This document shows positions 44,497 through 54,679 of a DNA stretch of 64,000 bases, piece by piece; the first letter of the stretch is position 1, and each line of letters opens with the position of its first letter. This DNA is from a virus, in the IMG/VR virus record IMGVR_UViG_3300045988_151163, positions 74,857-138,856 of that record; one strand, 5' to 3'. The position numbers were made by a program, and so were the translations under genes. The notes beneath the pieces were generated by a model. That model did not search any database and was not told the origin of the DNA. It saw nothing but the letters and a program-made list of their open reading frames with translations.

Positions 44497-46810
44497 TATC
44501 TTACATGAATTAGGTACTAACTTTATTGAATATGCGGTAGCAGTTAATTCAGATAGAGCAATCCCAGAGTCTAAGTCTGGGCTTAAGCCAGTTGCAAGAA
44601 GAATCTTATGGGGTTCATATGCAGGCGGACGAACAAGCAACAAAGCGCATGTAAAGTGCGCTAGAATTGTTGGAGATGTAATGGGTTCACTCCATCCACA
44701 TGGAGATTCTAGTATATACGGTGCTTTGGTTAGACTTGCGCAGCCATGGGTTATGAGATATCCGCTTATTGATTTTCATGGTTCATGTGGAAATCAAAAT
44801 GGTGATGGCGCAGCTGCGATGCGTTATACAGAGGCTAGACTTGCGAAAATCACAGAAGATGGTATGTTGGCGGGCATTAAGAAAAAAAATGTTGATTTTG
44901 TTCCAACATATGATGATGCTGATGAAGAGCCAATCACATTACCAGCTGTTTTTCCAAATCTTTTGTGTAATCCAAATACAGGAATTGGTGTCGCAATGGC
45001 ATGTAATTGGCTGCCGCACAATCTTAAAGAAGTAGCTAATACAATTTATGATTATATTGATGGAAAAGAGCCAATGTTGCCAGGGCCAGATTTCCCTACA
45101 GGTGGAATTGTTATTAACAAAAATGATATTCCAAATATTATGAGAACTGGACATGGAAGCATTAAACTTCGTGGAAAATATAATATTGAAAAGAATAAAA
45201 TTGTTTTTTATGAAATTCCATATGGAGTTACTATTGAAGATTTATTAGCAAATATCGCGGAAGTTTGTAACAATAAAGAAATTGAAGGAATTAGTGAAAT
45301 TAGAGATGAAAGTAACAAGAAAGGTATTAGAGTAGTTATTGAATGCCAAAAAGGAATTGAGCCAAGTAGTTTAATAAATAAATTATTTGCAAAAACAAAA
45401 CTTCAAATTTCTATTAGTTATAATCAAATTGCTCTTGTTGATAAGACACCTGTTGAATTAAATCTTAAAGACTGTTGTAAGATTTATGTTGATCATAATA
45501 TAGACTGTCTTAAAAAAGAATTAAACTTTGATTTGCATAAAGCAGAAGATCGACTTCATATTATTGAAGGGTTATTGATTGCTCTCGAAGATATTGATAA
45601 CGTAATTGCTTTAATTAAGAAATCTTCTGATTCAACAAAAGCTAAAGAAGCATTGAAGATAAAGTATAATCTTAGTGAAATTCAAGCTAAATCTATTCTT
45701 GCTATGAGATTATCTAGTTTAGCCCATATGGAAAAAGTTGAATTAGAGAATGAAAAGAAAGAGTTGATTGATGAAATTGCAGATATTAAGGACGTTTTAA
45801 CAAATCATGCAAGACAGTTATCTATGGTAAAAGATAATTTATCTACTATTGTTAATAAGTATGGTGATAATCGTAGAACAGAATTAGCTCAAATTTCTAT
45901 AAAACCAGAAGAAAAAGAGATTGCAGAAGTAATTCCTGAGAACGTTGTAGTTACATTAACTCAAAATGGGTTAATTAAAAAAGTACCTACGAGTAGTTTT
46001 AAGGTTCAGAGACGTGGCGGCAAGGGCGTGAAATCCGCGGACGAGAGTATTATGGAAATGATTTCTACAAATACAGTAGATACATTGATGTTCTTTACAA
46101 ATAAGGGAAAAATGTATCGAACTATTGTTGATAATATTCCAACCGGAACAAATGCTTCAAAAGGAATTGCAATCAATACCATTGTTAATCTTGAAAATGA
46201 TGAAAGAGTTATTGCAATGAGTTCTTTGTATAGAAAAACAAATGCAAAATATGTAGTCTTTGTAACTAAGCAAGGTTTGTTTAAAAAAACATATATTGAA
46301 GAATATATGAAAACAAATAGAAATAATGGGATTGCAGCAATCAAATTAAAAGAAAAAGATTCTGTTGTTGGAGTAACTTTCTTAGATGAAGAGGATGTAA
46401 TTCTTGTTACAAAGGGCGGATATGCAATTCATTTTGAAACTAAGTCTATCAATCCTATTGGAAGATTAACATCTGGAGTTAAGGGAATTAAGCTCTCTGA
46501 AAATGATGAAGTAGAGAATATTCTTCCAGTTCATAAGACAACAGATTCAATAGCCATAATTGGTAAAGACGGCTTAGGTAAAAAAATGGAATTATCTGAT
46601 TTTCCATTACAAGGTCGTGGCGGAAAAGGTATCATAGTATATAAAGGTGCAGACATCGTTGGTTCAGAAATGATTGCTGATGAAGATAATCTTCTTTTAG
46701 TGGGAAATAAAACTTTGTGTATTTCAACAAAAGATATTCCAATGTTGGGTAAAACTGCAGTAGGAAATATCCTAATGAAAGGAAATGTCTCTAAGGTAGT
46801 TAAACTTTAA
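44486..46810 (+). CDS. type II DNA topoisomerase, DNA breakage-reunion subunit (GyrA/T4 gp52-like)
   Basis: ARRILWG, active-site AAAMRYTEARL; C-terminal repeated beta-pinwheel-like segments; ATG 44486 is 9 nt after AGGAGG. Confidence 0.85.
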   Translation: MQDDILHELGTNFIEYAVAVNSDRAIPESKSGLKPVARRILWGSYAGGRTSNKAHVKCARIVGDVMGSLHPHGDSSIYGALVRLAQPWVMRYPLIDFHGSCGNQNGDGAAAMRYTEARLAKITEDGMLAGIKKKNVDFVPTYDDADEEPITLPAVFPNLLCNPNTGIGVAMACNWLPHNLKEVANTIYDYIDGKEPMLPGPDFPTGGIVINKNDIPNIMRTGHGSIKLRGKYNIEKNKIVFYEIPYGVTIEDLLANIAEVCNNKEIEGISEIRDESNKKGIRVVIECQKGIEPSSLINKLFAKTKLQISISYNQIALVDKTPVELNLKDCCKIYVDHNIDCLKKELNFDLHKAEDRLHIIEGLLIALEDIDNVIALIKKSSDSTKAKEALKIKYNLSEIQAKSILAMRLSSLAHMEKVELENEKKELIDEIADIKDVLTNHARQLSMVKDNLSTIVNKYGDNRRTELAQISIKPEEKEIAEVIPENVVVTLTQNGLIKKVPTSSFKVQRRGGKGVKSADESIMEMISTNTVDTLMFFTNKGKMYRTIVDNIPTGTNASKGIAINTIVNLENDERVIAMSSLYRKTNAKYVVFVTKQGLFKKTYIEEYMKTNRNNGIAAIKLKEKDSVVGVTFLDEEDVILVTKGGYAIHFETKSINPIGRLTSGVKGIKLSENDEVENILPVHKTTDSIAIIGKDGLGKKMELSDFPLQGRGGKGIIVYKGADIVGSEMIADEDNLLLVGNKTLCISTKDIPMLGKTAVGNILMKGNVSKVVKL

Positions 46811-46989
46811 GATATAGCGTAGCGGAAGCCGCGCTTTATCTTTATTTATTGAAAAATTAAAAAATTTTTGATATAATATATGTATGAAATGAAATTGTTA
46901 CATTTTAATTACAAAATTGTTAAATGATGTAACAACTAATTTCATATATAATGTACATTTTTAATCCTGCTCATAAACAGGAGGAGATT

Positions 46990-47682
46990 ATGAAAATTAT
47001 TACTAAATCGAATATAGTGATGTTTATACTGTTTTTTGCAATGTATTGTCTTGGATTTGCAATGTGTACTATCACTATAACAAGAGAGTTAGAAGGTCAG
47101 AACTCTATAATGAATGAGCAGATTGCAACATTAACAGATGCAGTCGAAGCTAGAGATGCGTCTTTAACTGATTTGAATAAGCAGTTAGACACTCTTAGTG
47201 AAGAAAAAACGCAGTTAGAAGAAAAAATAACTGAACTTCAAGAAAACCTTGATGAATTAGAGAAAGAAAATTTGGAAAAAGAAGAAGAACAAGAGACTGT
47301 GGTACAGGAATCCGCACCATCTTCAAATTCAAATGTATCTTATCAAGCTGAACCAACACAAACATATTCTTATCAAAATGATGGTTCTTGTTTAACACCA
47401 AGTGGTGGTGTATATTATGGACCGACAGGAAAAGAAACCTATTATAATTTGAATATGAATGGTGTTGTTTCTAATGCGCAAGCGCAGGGCATTCAAGGAG
47501 AATATTGGGTTAGAGAAGATGGCGTTAAAATGTATGGAGATTATGTAATTGTAGCAGCAAATCTTGATACACACCCAAGAGGTTCAACAGTAGAAACTTC
47601 TCTAGGTACAGGTATCGTTTTAGATACTGGTGGATTCGCGGCAAGCGATCCAAATCAAGTTGATATTGCTGTTGATTGGTAA
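46990..47682 (+). CDS. membrane-anchored 3D-domain protein (MltA/YuiC-like)
   Basis: N-terminal TM, coiled-coil linker, C-terminal GTGIVLDTGGFAASDPNQVDIAVDW typical of 3D domains; ATG 46990 after AGGAGGAGA. Confidence 0.45.
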   Translation: MKIITKSNIVMFILFFAMYCLGFAMCTITITRELEGQNSIMNEQIATLTDAVEARDASLTDLNKQLDTLSEEKTQLEEKITELQENLDELEKENLEKEEEQETVVQESAPSSNSNVSYQAEPTQTYSYQNDGSCLTPSGGVYYGPTGKETYYNLNMNGVVSNAQAQGIQGEYWVREDGVKMYGDYVIVAANLDTHPRGSTVETSLGTGIVLDTGGFAASDPNQVDIAVDW

Positions 47683-47703
47683 TATATAGAAAGGATTTGC
47701 ACA

Positions 47704-48783
47704 ATGAGTTTTAATAAAGAGAAAATACAAGAATTATATCCAGGAGCAAAAATGTACGAAGCTCAAAAAATTTCAAAAGGAACAGAAAGTTTATTGAAAT
47801 CCGCTTGTAATAGTGGAGAATATTTTGGCGAATTAAAAAAAGATGGTTATTGGTATCAATATGAAAAATATGAGCATAATTCTTATCTCTTTTCTCGTAG
47901 TGCAAGTACAGTAACAGGACTTCAATCTGAGAAGAGTGCTAATGTTCCACATATTGTAGATGCACTTAGTTCTCTTCCAGATGGAACAATCCTAGTTGGA
48001 GAGATTTATTATCCAAATGGTAGTTCAAAAAATGTAACTAGCATTATGGGTTGTCTACCAACAAAAGCGATTGAAAGACAGAATGGTTCTTATGGTAAGA
48101 TTCATTACTATATTCACGATATATTGATGTATAAAAATATAGATTTTGTAGAAAGTAAAACTGATAATTGGACAAGGTATTATATTCTTAAAAAAATCTA
48201 TTATTTACATGGCTTAGATAAGTATGATTTTTTGGAACTCGCGGCAGCCGAAACAGAAGATCTCTATAGCCAGATTGGAGATGCCCTTGCCGCGGGAGAA
48301 GAGGGCATGGTAATTAAAAAGAAAAATGGCATTTATGAACCTGGCAAGCGTCCAACTACAATGCTTAAAGCAAAGAAAGTTGATTTCATAGATGCTGTTG
48401 TTATTGGTTTTGAAGAGCCAACCAAAGAGTATTATGGAAAAGAAATTGAGAGTTGGCAATATTGGGTAATTGGAGATAATGGAGAAGAAATTGCGGTAAC
48501 AAAACCATATTATATGGGATGGCGCAATTCAAGAATTAAAATTGGAGTTTATAATGAGAATGGTTCTATTGTTAATATAGGAACAATTCATTCAGGTATA
48601 TCCGATGAAATGAAAGAAGATATGTCTAAGAATCCAGAAAAATATCTTAATAAGGTTTGTGCAATTCAATGTATGGAATTAGATAAGAATGAACATACAA
48701 TTAGACATGGCTTTTTCAAATTTATGCGAGAAGATAAAGATGCTAAAGATTGTAGATTGGTAGACGTCTTTGGTCAAAAGTAG
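47704..48783 (+). CDS. ATP-dependent DNA ligase
   Basis: Motif I ELKKDGYWYQ (KxDG), downstream nucleotidyltransferase motifs and OB-like C-terminus; 359 aa. Confidence 0.6.
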   Translation: MSFNKEKIQELYPGAKMYEAQKISKGTESLLKSACNSGEYFGELKKDGYWYQYEKYEHNSYLFSRSASTVTGLQSEKSANVPHIVDALSSLPDGTILVGEIYYPNGSSKNVTSIMGCLPTKAIERQNGSYGKIHYYIHDILMYKNIDFVESKTDNWTRYYILKKIYYLHGLDKYDFLELAAAETEDLYSQIGDALAAGEEGMVIKKKNGIYEPGKRPTTMLKAKKVDFIDAVVIGFEEPTKEYYGKEIESWQYWVIGDNGEEIAVTKPYYMGWRNSRIKIGVYNENGSIVNIGTIHSGISDEMKEDMSKNPEKYLNKVCAIQCMELDKNEHTIRHGFFKFMREDKDAKDCRLVDVFGQK

Positions 48784-48934
48784 TTAATCGTATTAAAAAA
48801 TTTTGTAAGTAATAATACCTTCCAAAAAATAAAAGCACAACAGGGTTTATGGTATCTATAAGTTGAAAAAATATAAAATTTTTTATATAATATACTTGTA
48901 AAAAGAAATACCATAAATCATTTTAAGGAGTATT

Positions 48935-49114
48935 ATGAAACAGTTATCTAACAAGCAATTAAGAAAAATTGCTAATCAAATTGCTCAATTAGAGCAAGAA
49001 TGTCAAAAAGGTAATAATGTATCAGAAAATTTAGCTAAGATGGCTAGCTTGGTAAATAATTTAGATGAAGAAGATGTCTATAAAATAGATGAGCTAATAA
49101 GAGCAAAGATTTGA
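48935..49114 (+). CDS. small hypothetical protein (59 aa)
   Basis: TAAGGAGTATTATG; coiled-coil-like MKQLSNKQLRKIANQIAQLEQ.. Confidence 0.35.
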   Translation: MKQLSNKQLRKIANQIAQLEQECQKGNNVSENLAKMASLVNNLDEEDVYKIDELIRAKI

Positions 49115-49201
49115 TTTCTTAAAAATTTTTTGGTATAATCATTATATAAAGTGTTAATGCACTAAATAAAAAAAATAATTATTTAAAAGGAGTACACGAA
49201 A

Positions 49202-49477
49202 ATGGCAATGAGTGATAAGACAAGACAGGTATTAGATTATTTGAAGGGACTGGATAAGAGCGATAATATTACAAGCGCAGACATCGCAGAGGCACTTGAT
49301 ATTCCGAAGAAGTCAGTTGACGGTATCGTAACAGCAGGTCTCCAGAGAAAGGGTCTCGCTGAGAGAATTCCAGCTGAGATTGAGAATGCAGATGGTTCAC
49401 ATAAGCCAGTTAAGTTTATTAAACTTACAGACGAAGGATACGCTTTCGATCCAGACGCAGAGGTTGCTGCTGAGTAA
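49202..49477 (+). CDS. small winged-helix-like DNA-binding protein (GC-rich paralog family)
   Basis: ITSADIAEALDIPKKSVDGIVTAGLQRKGLAER (HTH-like); C-terminal KPVKFIKLTDEGYAF; about 48% GC. Confidence 0.5.
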   Translation: MAMSDKTRQVLDYLKGLDKSDNITSADIAEALDIPKKSVDGIVTAGLQRKGLAERIPAEIENADGSHKPVKFIKLTDEGYAFDPDAEVAAE

Positions 49478-49482
49478 TTCAT

Positions 49483-49528
49483 GTATTTAAAGGATTAGGA
49501 TAATAATATCCTAATCCTATTTTTTTAT
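49483..49528. terminator. rho-independent terminator
   Basis: GGATTAGGATAATAATATCCTAATCC + TATTTTTTTAT. Confidence 0.7.
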
Positions 49529-49533
49529 AGGAG

Positions 49534-50523
49534 TTGATACTTATAATATATATTATTCTTATTTTAATAATTATCTTATTGATTCTTCTATTTAATTATA
49601 TTAAAATAAAAAAAGATAATAAGAATATACATATATTAAATGAAAAAACAGATAATGAAAATAAAATAATTGAAAGTAAGAACGAAGAATTAAAAAAACA
49701 ATTATTAAACTTAAATGAAGAAGCTAATTATTTAGAAACATTAAATACTGCTTCTAAAAGACAAGAGCAAGAAACGCTAGATCGTTTAGAAAATATAAAA
49801 GATAAAGTAGACAAAGCCTTTTCAAATCAAAAAGCATTATCTCAAAAAGCTTTTGAGCAATATTTTGAATTGCTTAATAATGATTATGAAAAGAAAACAA
49901 TAGAATATGATAAAAGAATTGAAAACTTAAAAGAATCATATTCACAACAACAGAAAGAATGTTTAGCTGATTTGTCGCGGGTTCAGGATGAACTAGCATC
50001 TATTAAGTCAACTAGGGACGCCACACGCGCGGCCGCGCTTAAAGAAAAAGAGATTAAAGAGAAACTTTCTTTCTATTGTTTATCAATTCCAGAATCAGAA
50101 AAAAATGATATTCAAGCATTAGAATCTATTCGACCTCGATTAAATAAACCTAGAGTATTAAGTATGTTGATTTGGTCAACCTTTTATCAGAAAAGAATGA
50201 ATGAATTATGTAACAATGTTCTAGGTACTTCTATTGTTACAGGTATTTATAAAATCACAAATCAAAAAACAGATATGTGCTATATTGGTCAGAGCGTAGA
50301 CTTAGCTTCGAGGTGGAAACAACATGCGAAATGCGGGCTCGGAATCGACACTCCGCAAGGAAACAAACTTTATAAAGATATGCTTGAATATGGATTAGAT
50401 TCTTATTCTTGGGAATTATTAGAAGAATGTCCAAGAGAAAAACTTGATGAAAAAGAAAAATATTATATCAATCTTTATGATGCTTATAATTATGGTTTCA
50501 ATAGTACAAAAGGAAATAAATAA
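49534..50523 (+). CDS. GIY-YIG nuclease-domain protein with an N-terminal TM/coiled-coil region
   Basis: GIYKITNQKTDMCYIGQSVDLASRWKQH (GIY..YIG..R); TTG start at 49534, or a later internal ATG. Confidence 0.5.
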   Translation: MILIIYIILILIIILLILLFNYIKIKKDNKNIHILNEKTDNENKIIESKNEELKKQLLNLNEEANYLETLNTASKRQEQETLDRLENIKDKVDKAFSNQKALSQKAFEQYFELLNNDYEKKTIEYDKRIENLKESYSQQQKECLADLSRVQDELASIKSTRDATRAAALKEKEIKEKLSFYCLSIPESEKNDIQALESIRPRLNKPRVLSMLIWSTFYQKRMNELCNNVLGTSIVTGIYKITNQKTDMCYIGQSVDLASRWKQHAKCGLGIDTPQGNKLYKDMLEYGLDSYSWELLEECPREKLDEKEKYYINLYDAYNYGFNSTKGNK

Positions 50524-50535
50524 GGAGGCTAGAAT

Positions 50536-51165
50536 ATGGATTTTAATGATTACTTAAATGATTTACTTGGTGACAGCCCAGTTTTGCAAGAGGATAGTTC
50601 AAAAATAGATTTTGAAAAGATATTAGATTATAGCAATTCTCTTGATAGACAACTTTATATTGGAGATATTACAGAAGGCGTTGGTATTGCAGTTGATACA
50701 GTAATTCGTTTTTGGAATAAATATGATGAAGAACATAATATTCAACCTATAGATAGAAAGCCGATTAGAATTTATATAGATTCTCCGGGCGGTAGTTTAA
50801 CAGACACTCTAACGGTAATTGATGCAATAAAGCTCTCTAAGACTCCTGTTTATACTATTTGTGTTGGTTGCGCATATAGTGGTGGTTTCTTTATTTTTAT
50901 TTCAGGTCATAAGAGATATTGTTATCCAAATTCAACTTTCTTGTACCATGAAGGTTCAACTGCAAATGGTGGAGACGCTGGTAAGTTTAGAAATTTTGCT
51001 GAGTTTTATGATAAGCAATTAGAGGTATTAAAACAAATTACTATTTCTAATACCAACATTGATGAAGAATTATATGAAAAGCATCGCCGTGATGATTGGT
51101 GGATGTTGGCTTCAGAAGCACTTAACTTGGGTGTTTGTGATGAAATATTAAAGGAGTTAATTTAA
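50536..51165 (+). CDS. clpP: ClpP-family serine protease (possibly prohead protease)
   Basis: IYIDSPGGSLTDTLTVIDAIK..VYTICVGCAYSGGFFIFISG..YHEGS matches the ClpP fold and Ser-His catalytic region. Confidence 0.7.
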   Translation: MDFNDYLNDLLGDSPVLQEDSSKIDFEKILDYSNSLDRQLYIGDITEGVGIAVDTVIRFWNKYDEEHNIQPIDRKPIRIYIDSPGGSLTDTLTVIDAIKLSKTPVYTICVGCAYSGGFFIFISGHKRYCYPNSTFLYHEGSTANGGDAGKFRNFAEFYDKQLEVLKQITISNTNIDEELYEKHRRDDWWMLASEALNLGVCDEILKELI

Positions 51166-51950
51166 TGGGTAAAGTTATTATTCAAAGGTACACCACTGAA
51201 ACGCCTATCTCAATGATAGGCGAAGAAGCAGGTATATGTTGGGATGCAGATACAATAGACCAAATAAAAAATTATCGTAGAGGACTGGACTGCTTAAGTT
51301 CTGGGCATATGCGAACTGCGGAGTATCCGCAAGTATATATGATTTTAGAAGGATATTCTGCAAGAGTTATTAGAGAATTTTATACGCATATTGCAGGAGG
51401 CCCAACTCGACTTCAAGCAAGTACTAGATATATTGATTATAATGATGTTGAAGCTATTGTTCCACCTTCAATAGAAAAATCTGAAGAAGCAAAAGATGAA
51501 TATGCAAAATATATATCTATTGTATCAGATACTTATAAAGATTTAGAGGAACAAAACGTGCCAAGAGAAGATATTGCAAATATTCTTCCAATAGGCATGA
51601 CAACAAAAGTAGTAGTAAGAACAAACCTTAGACATTTAATTGACATGTCTCATCAGAGATTATGTAATAGAGCATATTGGGAATTTAGACAGTTAATGTT
51701 AGATATTATGAAAGCACTTTGTGAATATTCTGAAGAATGGGAGACTATTGTTGATGAATATTTTGTACCAAAATGTGATGTATGTGGTTTCTGTACAGAG
51801 AAAAAGTGTTGCGGCCGCCGCCCTACAAAGGATGAATATGATCAATTATTATTCTATGGCAAACAATATAAAAAATTGTTGGACGCATTAAGAGAAGTGG
51901 GTAGCTCCATAGTATCTGTTGATGAAATAATTAGAATTATGGGATTATAA
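51165..51950 (+). CDS. thyX: flavin-dependent thymidylate synthase ThyX
   Basis: RTAEYPQ..RVIREFYTH..QASTRYIDY..RTNLRHLIDMSHQR fits the ThyX RHR/SxRY signature. Confidence 0.55.
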   Translation: MGKVIIQRYTTETPISMIGEEAGICWDADTIDQIKNYRRGLDCLSSGHMRTAEYPQVYMILEGYSARVIREFYTHIAGGPTRLQASTRYIDYNDVEAIVPPSIEKSEEAKDEYAKYISIVSDTYKDLEEQNVPREDIANILPIGMTTKVVVRTNLRHLIDMSHQRLCNRAYWEFRQLMLDIMKALCEYSEEWETIVDEYFVPKCDVCGFCTEKKCCGRRPTKDEYDQLLFYGKQYKKLLDALREVGSSIVSVDEIIRIMGL

Positions 51951-52014
51951 TTATTTGACTTTAATTTAAAAATATGATATAATTATAATATACTAAAAAA
52001 GGATGGAAAATAAA

Positions 52015-52377
52015 ATGAGTAAAAAGGAAATTTTTATTAACGAAATTCAAAATCAATTAAATTCTAATAAGATTACTTTATCACAGGATGCGCTTGAATT
52101 TTTTAATGCTCTTGTTGCATCAAATGCGGGAGTAAAAGAAACTACTTTTACTGAGAATGGTAAACGAGTTTTAACTTTTATGCAAGAGAATAAAGCTACT
52201 TATAGTAACATGTTTACTGCGAAATCTATCGCGGAAGGTCTCGCTATAAGTTCCCATGGCTCGTCTGGCGCGTTACGTAAATTAGTTAATGACGGTTATG
52301 TAGAAAAAATTGAAGGTTCTCCTGTAACATATTTGCTCTCTACGGTGGGCGAAAAAGTTAAATTTGATGTAGAATAA
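52015..52377 (+). CDS. small winged-helix-like DNA-binding protein (GC-rich paralog family)
   Basis: FTAKSIAEGLAISSHGSSGALRKLVNDGYVEK; C-terminal SPVTYLLSTVGEKVKF. Confidence 0.5.
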   Translation: MSKKEIFINEIQNQLNSNKITLSQDALEFFNALVASNAGVKETTFTENGKRVLTFMQENKATYSNMFTAKSIAEGLAISSHGSSGALRKLVNDGYVEKIEGSPVTYLLSTVGEKVKFDVE

Positions 52378-52451
52378 AATTGATTAACTTCAAAATTTTT
52401 GGTATAATATAATTATAGTAAATAAATAAACAAAATTAAGGAGAAAAGTTA

Positions 52452-53405
52452 ATGAGAAAAGTAAAGAATCAAGAAATTATTAAAGGTTATATTTATGAGC
52501 ATAAGTTAGCTATTAAGACAGTTCAGAACAAAGATTCTGATAATTTTGGTAAGCCTTATATTGCAGGAACGATTGACATTGCAACTGATGAAGATTGTAC
52601 AAATGTTATTACAGTACATTATACTTTCGTGAAAGAGCTTACTTCAAAGGGTAATAAGAACGCTAGTTTTGGCGTATTAAAGAACATCATTGAAAACGGT
52701 AAGACTGTTCTTAGTGATGGAAAAGAGAATGCAACTATCGTTAAGTGTGATACTTCACTTGATGTTAATGATTTTATTTCAAACCGCGATGGTAATGAAA
52801 CTTATGTAGCTGTCAAGAGAAATGAGGGTGGCTTTATTACAACTCTTTCTAAGTTTGAGCCAGATAAGAGAAATTACTTTGATGTTGATATGTACATCAA
52901 TAAGGTAAAGGATATTGAAGCTAATCCTGAGAAGGGTATTGAGAAGCCATATCTTCAGATAAGTGGATATGTATTCAACTTTAAGGGTGCGCTTTTACCA
53001 GTTGATTTCGTTTGTAAGGATGAAAATGGTATTAAGTATTTCTTGAGTAAGAATATTTCAAAAGAGAATCCTTTGTTTACTGGTGTTTGGGGAAATATTG
53101 TAAATGCTACTCTTACAAGAGAAGTTCAGAAAGAGAATGCTTTTGGCGGAGTTTCTATAGAGAGAGAAGAGAGAAATGTAAGAGAATGGCAGATTACAGG
53201 CGCGAAACCTGTTGAATATGTTCTTGGAGATCCAGATAATGGAATTACAGCGGATGAGATGAAGAAAGCTCAGGCTGATAGAGAAGTACATCTGGCAGAA
53301 GTTAAAAAGAGAAATGATGAATATCTTGCTTCAAAGAATGCTGCTCCAGCTAATGGATTTGCAGTTGCATCTGCACCAGCCGCAGCAGGCGGATTTAACT
53401 TCTAA
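52452..53405 (+). CDS. hypothetical protein (possible ssDNA-binding protein, by position)
   Basis: 317 aa; Ala/Gly-rich flexible C-terminal tail ..AAPANGFAVASAPAAAGGFNF; precedes the Sak4-like ATPase. Confidence 0.3.
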   Translation: MRKVKNQEIIKGYIYEHKLAIKTVQNKDSDNFGKPYIAGTIDIATDEDCTNVITVHYTFVKELTSKGNKNASFGVLKNIIENGKTVLSDGKENATIVKCDTSLDVNDFISNRDGNETYVAVKRNEGGFITTLSKFEPDKRNYFDVDMYINKVKDIEANPEKGIEKPYLQISGYVFNFKGALLPVDFVCKDENGIKYFLSKNISKENPLFTGVWGNIVNATLTREVQKENAFGGVSIEREERNVREWQITGAKPVEYVLGDPDNGITADEMKKAQADREVHLAEVKKRNDEYLASKNAAPANGFAVASAPAAAGGFNF

Positions 53406-53409
53406 TTAA

Positions 53410-53450
53410 ATATAAAAGATAAAGATTAAACCTCCATTATTGGAGGTTTA
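53410..53450. terminator. rho-independent terminator
   Basis: TAAACCTCCATTATTGGAGGTTTA. Confidence 0.55.
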
Positions 53451-53549
53451 AATCTATTCTTGGAGCGCAAACAGCCATATTTGCAAAACAAAAATCACTT
53501 TAGAACTTTTTGAAACGGAATTTTGGTTTTAATAAAAGGAGAAAATAAA

Positions 53550-54578
53550 ATGTTAGATATTATGGGTATTAAACCACATCAAGTAAGTAGAGACATGAGA
53601 GGCTATTCTGTGTTCCTCTATGGAGGTTGGAAAACAGGAAAGACAACAACAGCTGTAAAGTTCCCAAATCACCTACTTTTAGCTTTTGAGAAAGGTTACT
53701 CCGCAATTCCAGGTGCAATGGCGCAGCCAATCAATAATTGGAGCGAGTTCCGCCAAGTATTAAATCAGTTAATGTCTGAGGAAGCAAAGGCTCGGTTTGA
53801 GACTATTATTATAGATACTGCGGACATTGCATATGACTATTGTTCAAAATATATTTGCAGCAACAATGATGCAGATACAGTTTCAGATATTCCTTTCGGT
53901 AAGGGTTATGGTATGATTGAAAAGGAATTTGACGAATGTTTAAGAAAGATCGTTCAGCTTGGATATGGTCTTGTAATTATTTCACATGAAACAGATAAGA
54001 CTTTTACAAATGAAGGTGGTCAGCAATACAATAAGATTGTGCCTACTCTTGATAAGAGAGCAAATAATGTTATCGCTAGAATGTGTGATATCATAGGTTA
54101 TACTCGTTCAGTGCCAACCCAGGATGGTTCATCTGAAAAAGTCGTTATGTTTATGAGAGGTACTTCAAGATATGAAGCTGGCTCACGTTTTAAATATACT
54201 CCAGATTATATTGATTTAAGTTATCCAAATCTAGTAAGAGCTATTGGAGAAGCTATTGATAAGCAGATGGAAGAAGATGGTGAAGAATATTTTACAGATG
54301 TTAGAGTAAATATCAACCAAGCTTCCGCAGATTTAGACTTTGATAAATTATATTCAGAGTTCAATAGTATTGTCGCTAATATTCCAGGCTCTTCAGACCA
54401 GAGTGGCGAAACAGATGATGGTCAGAAATTTAGAAGTTTCTGGGCGCCGCGCATCAGCCAGATTGTTGAAAAATATCTTGGTAAAGGAAAAACCGTAGCT
54501 AAAGCAACAAGAGATCAGGCAGAAGCTTTGAGTTTAATTGTTTTAGACCTTAAAAAGCTCATTGAAGCTAATAAATAG
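53550..54578 (+). CDS. Sak4-like RecA-fold ATPase (AAA_24)
   Basis: Walker A YGGWKTGKTT, Walker B IIIDTAD; ATG 53550 after AAAAGGAGAAAATAAA. Confidence 0.55.
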   Translation: MLDIMGIKPHQVSRDMRGYSVFLYGGWKTGKTTTAVKFPNHLLLAFEKGYSAIPGAMAQPINNWSEFRQVLNQLMSEEAKARFETIIIDTADIAYDYCSKYICSNNDADTVSDIPFGKGYGMIEKEFDECLRKIVQLGYGLVIISHETDKTFTNEGGQQYNKIVPTLDKRANNVIARMCDIIGYTRSVPTQDGSSEKVVMFMRGTSRYEAGSRFKYTPDYIDLSYPNLVRAIGEAIDKQMEEDGEEYFTDVRVNINQASADLDFDKLYSEFNSIVANIPGSSDQSGETDDGQKFRSFWAPRISQIVEKYLGKGKTVAKATRDQAEALSLIVLDLKKLIEANK

Positions 54579-54587
54579 CATAAATAA

Positions 54588-54620
54588 TTAAGAGTTGTCT
54601 ATATGGCAACTCTTTTTTGA
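54588..54620. terminator. rho-independent terminator
   Basis: AGAGTTGTCTATATGGCAACTCT + TTTTTGATTT. Confidence 0.7.
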
Positions 54621-54679
54621 TTTCCAATAAAAAATATGATATAATATAATTATATTAAAGAAGAATTGAGGGTTGTTAA

